DNA of 38,102 nt from the IMG/VR virus record IMGVR_UViG_3300003499_000007, positions 1 through 38,102 of that record; one strand, 5' to 3'. This document shows, piece after piece, positions 32,998 to 38,102 of this stretch. The notes below the pieces were generated by a model that saw nothing but the letters and a program-made list of their open reading frames with translations, made no database searches and had not been told where the DNA came from. The position numbers and the translations under genes were made by a program. The stretch's first letter is position 1, and each line of letters opens with the position of its first letter. Origin of the DNA: a virus.

Positions 32998-33011
32998 TTG
33001 ATATAGATCAA
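32998..33011. promoter_or_regulatory. Operator-like dyad, copy 3 (TTGATATAGATCAA, the reverse complement of the 3743/3792 sites)
   Basis: Exact 14-mer. Lies in and next to the 53-nt gap between ninB and the HTH-like gene. Confidence 0.55.
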
Positions 33012-33412
33012 GGTTTGTCATATTTATTTGTTATATCTTTAAACTTCACACCTTGCTGCGCTCCGAAAGCATATGCAATCTCAAGTAGTTCAGTGAACTC
33101 TTTTTTGCTCATCTTGCTTGTACGCTGACCAAGTACAACAAATCCACCGTTAATGCCCGGAACTACTTTTTCTTTCTTTAACGCTGCGGTCAATACATCT
33201 TTCCACTCATAATCGGTTAGTGACTGACCGTACCATTTAACCTGTTTGCTAATGTCGTTTAATACCGCCCATAACATGGCATTTTGCTCTAGCGATCTAG
33301 TGCCTTCTTTGATTGAAACAACATAACCATCTGGAACGCAATCAATCATCATCTTTGCGTTATCCCTGCTTGTATTTGGCTTAGGCCGAAGGATGATGGT
33401 TATATTGCTCAT
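33008..33412 (-). CDS. ninB: NinB/Orf-family recombination protein
   Basis: RSLEQNAMLWAVLNDISKQVKWYGQSLTDYEWKDVLTAAL matches the NinB signature as I recall it. Confidence 0.7.
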   Translation of the reverse strand: MSNITIILRPKPNTSRDNAKMMIDCVPDGYVVSIKEGTRSLEQNAMLWAVLNDISKQVKWYGQSLTDYEWKDVLTAALKKEKVVPGINGGFVVLGQRTSKMSKKEFTELLEIAYAFGAQQGVKFKDITNKYDKP

Positions 33413-33853
33413 TTAACTACCTGTTGAGCCAAATCCACCATCACCGCGTTCTGTTTCTGATAGCTCATTAGACACAAAGAAGCCTTCAATTGCAGGGACT
33501 GGAATAATCATTGCTTGAGCTATGCGGTCTCCGTGAGATACGCCAAATCCACCACCATCAGCTGCAAGTTTAACTTTAACCTCGCCCCTATAATCGCTAT
33601 CAATTACTCCAACACAATTAGATAGCCGTACATCATTATTAAATCCATGCCCACTGCGGGAATAGATCATCATTGCGTGTCCTTTGGGGATTTCAAAAGA
33701 TAATCCAGTTCTAATAATGGCTGGACTATGTTTGTATATTGATACTTTTTTGCTGTCCTCAACCATCGCATATAAATCAAAACAGGCAGAACCCTTTGTT
33801 GCGAATGTTGGAATCATTGCGCGTTCATGCAACTTTTTAATTTTGATGTTCAT
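33413..33853 (-). CDS. dut: dUTP pyrophosphatase (trimeric dUTPase)
   Basis: The five dUTPase motifs, including SRSGHGF, GVIDSDYRGEV, GDRIAQ and RGDGGFGSTG. Confidence 0.95.
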   Translation of the reverse strand: MNIKIKKLHERAMIPTFATKGSACFDLYAMVEDSKKVSIYKHSPAIIRTGLSFEIPKGHAMMIYSRSGHGFNNDVRLSNCVGVIDSDYRGEVKVKLAADGGGFGVSHGDRIAQAMIIPVPAIEGFFVSNELSETERGDGGFGSTGS

Positions 33854-33875
33854 TTTTATCCTTTGTTTTTATATG

Positions 33876-34304
33876 CTAAAAAGGCAAATTTGACTCTAGT
33901 TCATCTCCGCCTGCCGCCTGTTGATATGGCTTCTCTGTTTTATCTGGCGGGGTATTAACAGCTTGTCCACCATCATGCTTGCCGCCGATCATTTGTAATT
34001 CATTAACGATAATCTCTGTCGTATATCTATCCTTGCCTTCCTTGTCCTGCCATTTGCGTGTTTTAATTTTCCCCTCAATATAGACCTGCGACCCTTTGCG
34101 CAGATATTCGCCTGCAATTTCAGCCAAACTGCGATAGAACACCAAGTTATGCCATTCGGTTTTTTCCTGTTTTTCTCCGCTTTTATCCTTCCAGTTTTCC
34201 GAGGTGGCTAACGTGGCATTGGTCACTGCCTCGCCATTGGTCATATAACGTGTTTCAGGGTCTTTGCCTAATCTTCCAACTAAAATCACTTTATTTACTG
34301 ACAT
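33876..34304 (-). CDS. ssb: Single-stranded DNA-binding protein
   Basis: [17 protein letters not shown]...[11 protein letters not shown]-fold signature, a Gly/Pro-rich linker, and an acidic tip ending LPF. Confidence 0.9.
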   Translation of the reverse strand: MSVNKVILVGRLGKDPETRYMTNGEAVTNATLATSENWKDKSGEKQEKTEWHNLVFYRSLAEIAGEYLRKGSQVYIEGKIKTRKWQDKEGKDRYTTEIIVNELQMIGGKHDGGQAVNTPPDKTEKPYQQAAGGDELESNLPF

Positions 34305-34396
34305 TTAATTCTCCTTGTTAAATATTTGGAACATCGTGTGTGAAGTCATCGCTTTCAATTTTATGACCAGTTTCGCTTACAACTATCCACGGGCCT

Positions 34397-34720
34397 TTAT
34401 CTTTGAATTCCATGTTCATTCTCTTTTAAAATTGTTGTATCTTTCATGCCTTTTATGTTCCCAAGATGACCATTAGCTTGTTGCAATTTAAGCCGTAGTT
34501 CTCTAACCTCTTTTACTGCTTCTGACACCAAAAATTCATGTGCCTGCTTCCAAGTGTCAAACCAGTTTTGCCAGTCTGATTTTTTATTTTCACGCGATTC
34601 TTTACCGTTATTTATTGCAATAACTACTTGCTTCTCTGTCTCTCGCAACACTTCTATGGCTTTTATTTGTGCCATAGATGACCCATGCCACTTTGTTTGG
34701 TATTTAATCATCGTCTCCAC
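34397..34720 (-). CDS. Hypothetical protein
   Basis: ORF in an operon context. Confidence 0.55.
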   Translation of the reverse strand: METMIKYQTKWHGSSMAQIKAIEVLRETEKQVVIAINNGKESRENKKSDWQNWFDTWKQAHEFLVSEAVKEVRELRLKLQQANGHLGNIKGMKDTTILKENEHGIQR

Positions 34721-34924
34721 CTAAAATTTAGCTTCATTAGTTAGCCAGCTGACAATCCCGCTTCTCATTTCTGACATTCTTTGTATTTCATCCGAGGTGC
34801 TTGATCCAAACTTTGCCACGCAGTTGGTAGATCGTATTAAATCCCAAAAAATGTTCACTTCGTTTTTGGTTTCTAAAGTGATAGTTACTGGTTTAAATTC
34901 TGCTTGTTCTTGTGAAATTTTCAT
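34721..34924 (-). CDS. Hypothetical protein
   Basis: ORF. GGAGAATAAACAATG junction. Confidence 0.55.
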   Translation of the reverse strand: MKISQEQAEFKPVTITLETKNEVNIFWDLIRSTNCVAKFGSSTSDEIQRMSEMRSGIVSWLTNEAKF

Positions 34925-35031
34925 TGTTTATTCTCCTGTCTTCTAATAAAAACACCAAAATACCATTTGCTCTTAAATCCTATACCGTACATCTTCCATC
35001 CACAGTTTAGAGTTCCTAAATAGATTCTCAT
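34921..35031 (-). CDS. Small ORF (36 aa), below the ORF-track cutoff
   Basis: MRIYLGTLNCGWKMYGIGFKSKWYFGVFIRRQENKQ. It fills a 106-nt gap, with a TAATG overlap upstream, an ATGA overlap downstream, and a GGAGAATAAATAATG start context. Confidence 0.45.
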   Translation of the reverse strand: MRIYLGTLNCGWKMYGIGFKSKWYFGVFIRRQENKQ

Positions 35032-35282
35032 TATTTATTCTCCCTTATTGTTTGCCATAACTGCTTTGCCATAGTTGGGCGGAACGCATCCCCATTAACA
35101 CACTTAACAATTGCCAAACATGAACTGAGTTTGTAAAAATAATTCTCACACAACCTGCAATCTATAACAGTGTTATTTTTTAACGCTGCCTCCCATGCTG
35201 CTCTTGCAAGTTCCTCATCAGTATTAAATATTATCGTTGGCGCACCAGATATTTGATCGTTCCACCAAATTTCAAAGTCCAT
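35031..35282 (-). CDS. Hypothetical protein
   Basis: ORF. AAGGAG RBS. Confidence 0.55.
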   Translation of the reverse strand: MDFEIWWNDQISGAPTIIFNTDEELARAAWEAALKNNTVIDCRLCENYFYKLSSCLAIVKCVNGDAFRPTMAKQLWQTIRENK

Positions 35283-35291
35283 ACTTACTCC

Positions 35292-35792
35292 TTATTTAAT
35301 CACTATCCGCTTATCTCGTTTCAGAACACACCCAGCCACTTCCTTGCCAGCCTTTAGGTCAGACAATATCAATCGCTTATCTGGTGCTGGTACTGGTGGT
35401 TTAGGTTCAGGCACTCGCATATATTCTGCTGGTATAAGTTTGTCGTTATACACATCAACACTGGGCGGATTATCCTGTACAGCAATCGTAAACAATGGGC
35501 ATTCTATCTGTTTAATTTCAAGAGCAACAATGCTTGATAATAGCCAATTCTTTGTGCGTTCAATCCGCTTCTTCTCAGCATTCATACGTTCTGTTAGTCG
35601 TTCTATCTCTTTGGCAATAGCATCAACGAACGATTCTCTGTCACGCAGTACAATACCGTAATTTTCAATCTTTTTGGATATTTCAAGTGATGAGCCTTCG
35701 AGAGTATCAGTTATTGTTTGCTCATCCAAATTCATTCCCATGAGCTGCTGCTTTAGCTCTAATTGCTGTTGTGTTAGTTCGTATAAGTTCAT
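35292..35792 (-). CDS. Gp157-like protein
   Basis: MNLYELTQQQLELKQQL...DTLEG..LE...K.ENY layout, typical of the siphovirus Gp157 family and often found next to phage annealases. Confidence 0.65.
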   Translation of the reverse strand: MNLYELTQQQLELKQQLMGMNLDEQTITDTLEGSSLEISKKIENYGIVLRDRESFVDAIAKEIERLTERMNAEKKRIERTKNWLLSSIVALEIKQIECPLFTIAVQDNPPSVDVYNDKLIPAEYMRVPEPKPPVPAPDKRLILSDLKAGKEVAGCVLKRDKRIVIK

Positions 35793-36433
35793 TTATTTGC
35801 CTCCTTTTTCTTTTTAAGTGCATCAACTGCTTTCTGATAATCTGATGATAGCAACACGTCTAAATTTTCAATTTTAAGCCATTCCAAAAACGCCTTCTTA
35901 TCTGCTTTCACTTCTTTTATTAGATCATCTAGCACAGTTACTTGATCGGGTGTTATGTATTCAATCGCCGCTGGTTCTTCTCCATGTAAGTCACCTTTGT
36001 GCCACAACTCTAAAGCAGCACCAAATCGCATTGCAGCGTTACGCAAAGCGTCTCCAATACGCTCTTTCATCGCATCCCCACCAGTCTTGCCTTGCGCGTC
36101 TCCATAACCCAACCTAGTTACACCTAGCACCGTTAGCTTAATCCACATTCCACCATCCTTATCTATTACAGGCAATCCATCTTGTCCTAGTGCCAATGGT
36201 TCCCATGTCCAATTTGGGTCTACGTCCAACAGCATAGATGTAAGCGCAGCATGACCAAAGTAATCCAAGTGAACTACTTTAGGATGATGCCAACCACCAC
36301 AAATATCGCATCTAACACCTTTTTTATAATCTGCCTTAACTTCGTCAGTTTGTTGCTTGGTAGGCTTTGGTAATTTGTTAATTAGCCTTGGCGGTATTGG
36401 GTCACGCATTGTTGTAAATTTCAATTCGGCCAT
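35789..36433 (-). CDS. Rad52/Sak-like single-strand annealing protein
   Basis: ...TRLGYGDAQGKTGGDAMKERIGDALRNAAMRFGAALELW is the Rad52-family core signature. Confidence 0.75.
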   Translation of the reverse strand: MAELKFTTMRDPIPPRLINKLPKPTKQQTDEVKADYKKGVRCDICGGWHHPKVVHLDYFGHAALTSMLLDVDPNWTWEPLALGQDGLPVIDKDGGMWIKLTVLGVTRLGYGDAQGKTGGDAMKERIGDALRNAAMRFGAALELWHKGDLHGEEPAAIEYITPDQVTVLDDLIKEVKADKKAFLEWLKIENLDVLLSSDYQKAVDALKKKKEANK

Positions 36434-36444
36434 TATTTATTCTC

Positions 36445-36603
36445 CTAATAATTAATTATAGTATCTCTTGAATATAATGGGATTAACCATAAAAGCCACC
36501 ATGTTTCACGATGCACGTATTCCGGAATAGATTCATCTCGTCCTTCAAGTAATTCCCAAACACGCACTCGACGTTTAAAAATTCTATCTGACTTACGAAA
36601 CAT
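36445..36603 (-). CDS. Small ORF (52 aa), below the ORF-track cutoff
   Basis: MFRKSDRIFKRRVRVWELLEGRDESIPEYVHRETWWLLWLIPLYSRDTIINY. GGAGAATAAATAATG start context. Confidence 0.45.
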   Translation of the reverse strand: MFRKSDRIFKRRVRVWELLEGRDESIPEYVHRETWWLLWLIPLYSRDTIINY

Positions 36604-36677
36604 TATTTATTCTCCTGTTGTTCTTGTTCCTGTTCCTCTTGCCACCTACTATTGTCATCGCGATCTGGTTCAGTCAT
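36603..36677 (-). CDS. Very small acidic ORF (24 aa), uncertain
   Basis: GGAGGA RBS. Starts right after the upstream stop and has a TAATG overlap downstream. MTEPDRDDNSRWQEEQEQEQQENK. Confidence 0.3.
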   Translation of the reverse strand: MTEPDRDDNSRWQEEQEQEQQENK

Positions 36678-36998
36678 TTAATCCTCCAGTCTCTTTTTAG
36701 TTTCAATCCAGTAATTTTTAACTAATTTCATTAAGTGTTCATGGCATGCGGCTTGAGCTTTTAGCAAAACTTCTTTCTTATTTGCTAGAGCAAGACTATC
36801 TTTACATTCAGCAACATCCTCTTTGTAATGCTCAATCGCTACGCACATATCGTTGTAATCTTGCCACTGTGCATCGGTCAGGTTTGTAATAGCTTCATCA
36901 AGATTGAAATAAACATACCTACCCCATGGTTGTTGGCGGTCTTTATGACCGAATGGGCTGTAATCATCGTCAAGTAGCGGATCGTAAGTTCCCATCAT
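36678..36998 (-). CDS. First gene of the leftward early operon; acidic hypothetical protein
   Basis: ATGATG at 36998 is preceded by AAAGGGGAA. The ORF-track extension to 37187 runs through the promoter region. Confidence 0.55.
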   Translation of the reverse strand: MMGTYDPLLDDDYSPFGHKDRQQPWGRYVYFNLDEAITNLTDAQWQDYNDMCVAIEHYKEDVAECKDSLALANKKEVLLKAQAACHEHLMKLVKNYWIETKKRLED

Positions 36999-37023
36999 TT
37001 CCCCTTTGTTTAATTGATGACGC

Positions 37024-37052
37024 ATAATAAAACACTTTTTTAGAAAAGTAAA
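37024..37052 (-). promoter_or_regulatory. Candidate leftward early promoter TTTACT-17-TATTAT
   Basis: Read on the minus strand, about 25 nt upstream of ATG 36998. Confidence 0.45.
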
Positions 37053-37062
37053 CACATTTTGT

Positions 37063-37076
37063 AAAATAATTATTTT
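37063..37076. promoter_or_regulatory. Perfect 14-bp palindrome AAAATAATTATTTT between the divergent early promoters (possible operator)
   Basis: Direct reading. Flanked by ATTTTGTA direct repeats at 37056 and 37072. Being AT-only lowers its significance. Confidence 0.3.
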
Positions 37077-37094
37077 GTATTTTAAAAACCACAT

Positions 37095-37121
37095 TTGACT
37101 TTTCCTTTTGTTATGTATTAC
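37095..37121 (+). promoter_or_regulatory. Candidate rightward early promoter (TTGACT, then TATTAC after a short 15-nt spacer)
   Basis: Good -35 hexamer, imperfect -10 and spacing. Lies upstream of the cro-like gene. Confidence 0.3.
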
Positions 37122-37157
37122 CATGCTCGTGTTGTCAATAACAAATTGGAGGTGGAA

Positions 37158-37370
37158 GTGAAGAAAATTAAGGACATTCTTGAGCATGTCAAGATAATCA
37201 ATAGCATGGGCGGAGTTAGTGCTGTTGCAAAGCGTTTCGGCTTCTCAAAGCAAAGGGTGCATAACTGGTTACGGCTTGGCATACCACCGCAAATATACTT
37301 GGATAATCAAAAATTATTCAATCGGTATAAGAACAAAGCTAACAAGCCACAAAAAATTAAGGAGTTATGA
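37158..37370 (+). CDS. Cro/YdaS-like HTH regulator
   Basis: GTG 37158 follows GGAGGTGG. GGVSAVAKRFGFSKQRVHNWLRLGIPP is a typical HTH. Confidence 0.65.
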   Translation: MKKIKDILEHVKIINSMGGVSAVAKRFGFSKQRVHNWLRLGIPPQIYLDNQKLFNRYKNKANKPQKIKEL

Positions 37371-37474
37371 TGAAAACATATATCGGAATAACATTTATCG
37401 GTTGGGCATGGCTTGGTATTTTTATATTGTGCATTGCTGCATGGACACCAATTGTTATGGTAATGGTGAAGTAG
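37367..37474 (+). CDS. Small membrane protein (35 aa), below the ORF-track cutoff
   Basis: MMKTYIGITFIGWAWLGIFILCIAAWTPIVMVMVK. AAGGAG upstream. Exactly fills the gap between the cro-like gene and 37475. Confidence 0.5.
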   Translation: MMKTYIGITFIGWAWLGIFILCIAAWTPIVMVMVK

Positions 37475-37669
37475 ATGACTAAAACTTTAGTTTTTAACGC
37501 ATGTTACGAAACACATGTTTTTATAAATGAAATTGGCTCAATAACAATTCGTCAGATTGCGCCAACAATGGATGACGTGCATATAACAATACCTATTATG
37601 CATATTGAGCCTATTGTTAATGCCTTAAGAAAGGCGAAGCGTGAAATATTGATGTCTATAGGTGATTAA
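37475..37669 (+). CDS. Hypothetical protein
   Basis: ORF whose stop abuts ATG 37670. Confidence 0.55.
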   Translation: MTKTLVFNACYETHVFINEIGSITIRQIAPTMDDVHITIPIMHIEPIVNALRKAKREILMSIGD

Positions 37670-38102
37670 ATGGCTAACTCTTGGCTTAGACTTTGGCATG
37701 ACATGCCGAACGACCCTAAATGGCGAACTATCTCTCGCGCATCAAAACAATCAATTTCATCCGTGATAGCAGTGTACGTGCATATCTTGGTTATTGCATC
37801 GAACGCAAACGAACGCGGACGAACGCAAAATATATGCAACGAAGATATTGCAAGTGCACTTGATTTAGATTGTGAGCAAGTTGATGCAATCATTGATGCT
37901 ATGCAAGGCCGTGTACTTGATGGTGATCTGGTTTCTGGATGGAAGAAAAGACAGATCGAACGTGAAGATGGTGGAGCAGAACGGGCACGGGCATGGAGAG
38001 AGAATAAGAAACGAACGCAAGCAAACGCAAGCGAACGCAAACGAACGCCAGATACAGATACAGATACAGATACAGATACAGATACAGATACAGATACAGA
38101 TA
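37670..38102 (+). CDS. Replisome organizer / replication initiator, N-terminal part; the ORF runs off the window end and resumes at nt 1
   Basis: ATG 37670, with no stop over 144 codons. MANSWLRLWHDMPNDPKWRTIS...DGDLVSGWKKRQ resembles the phage replisome-organizer N-terminal domain. Not in the ORF track because it is open-ended. Confidence 0.7.
   Translation, partial: MANSWLRLWHDMPNDPKWRTISRASKQSISSVIAVYVHILVIASNANERGRTQNICNEDIASALDLDCEQVDAIIDAMQGRVLDGDLVSGWKKRQIEREDGGAERARAWRENKKRTQANASERKRTPDTDTDTDTDTDTDTDTD
37800..37829 (+). repeat. Three direct 10-bp-phased repeats, CGAACGC(A/G)(A/G)A (iteron-like)
   Basis: CGAACGC at 37800, 37810 and 37820. Confidence 0.8.
38011..38050 (+). repeat. Four direct 10-bp-phased repeats, NCGAACGCAA (one copy CAAACGC), abutting the microsatellite
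   Basis: CGAACGC at 38012, 38032 and 38042. CAAACGC at 38022. Confidence 0.8.
38049..38102 (+). repeat. (CAGATA)x9 perfect hexanucleotide repeat, identical to 1..54
   Basis: Direct reading. In the gene frame it reads GAT ACA (Asp-Thr). Confidence 0.95.

Larger units (their letters stand above)
1..38102. mobile_element. Complete or near-complete tailed dsDNA phage genome, circularly closed; short-tailed (P22-like gene order) by inference
   Basis: All phage modules are present in canonical order. The two window ends are identical 54-nt repeats and one ORF reads across the junction. No tape-measure, tube or sheath genes recognised. Confidence 0.8.

Noticed and set aside
34318-34413. 31-aa ORF (MEFKDKGPWIVVSETGHKIESDDFTHDVPNI) in the gap upstream of ssb
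   Set aside because: It has no convincing RBS and overlaps the upstream gene by 17 nt. It is kept only as a possibility.
37219-37482. 87-aa + strand ORF overlapping the cro-like gene
   Set aside because: It is out of frame with the HTH-bearing ORF. The gap is better explained by the SD-preceded 35-aa membrane ORF 37367..37474, which abuts both neighbours.
37666-38040. 124-aa minus-strand ORF listed in the track
   Set aside because: It is antisense to the open-ended + strand replisome-organizer ORF (ATG 37670), which has a recognisable domain and continues in frame at nt 1. The minus ORF is Ser/Arg/Cys-rich, has no RBS, and is a shadow of the repeat-rich sequence.

Overview
The window appears to be a complete, circularly closed tailed-phage genome of about 38 kb. 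It was opened inside a gene: both ends are the same 54-nt (CAGATA)9 block, and a replisome-organizer-like ORF starting at 37670 reads through the junction to a stop at 485. On the + strand the order is cro-like gene, replication genes (O-like and P-like), a beta-class DNA methyltransferase and NinG. A 3-gene reverse island follows. Then come terS-terL-portal, a 5.3 kb accessory block, scaffold, major capsid, tail and ejection proteins, tail fibre, and a lysis cassette with an embedded o-spanin that the ORF track misses. On the - strand (27.5-37.0 kb) lies a tightly packed early operon: Rad52-like annealase, Gp157-like protein, SSB, dUTPase, NinB, many small ORFs, a secreted-repeat-protein moron, and a GT-A glycosyltransferase pair at the distal end. 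I recognised no integrase, CI-type repressor, tRNA, CRISPR array, tape measure, tube or sheath gene, so a short-tailed, P22-like layout is inferred. The leads I rate highest are listed here.
- Phased 10-bp iterons plus an in-frame (Asp-Thr)n microsatellite inside the replication gene.
- A 14-bp dyad present three times, twice bracketing the late promoter.
- A multidomain HExxH + YHGT protein between portal and scaffold, possibly packaged in the virion.
- A possible DNA-glycosylation pair.
- Staggered direct repeats of gene-boundary sequence flanking several small early genes.
All functional calls come from motif recognition by eye and from synteny. No database search was run.
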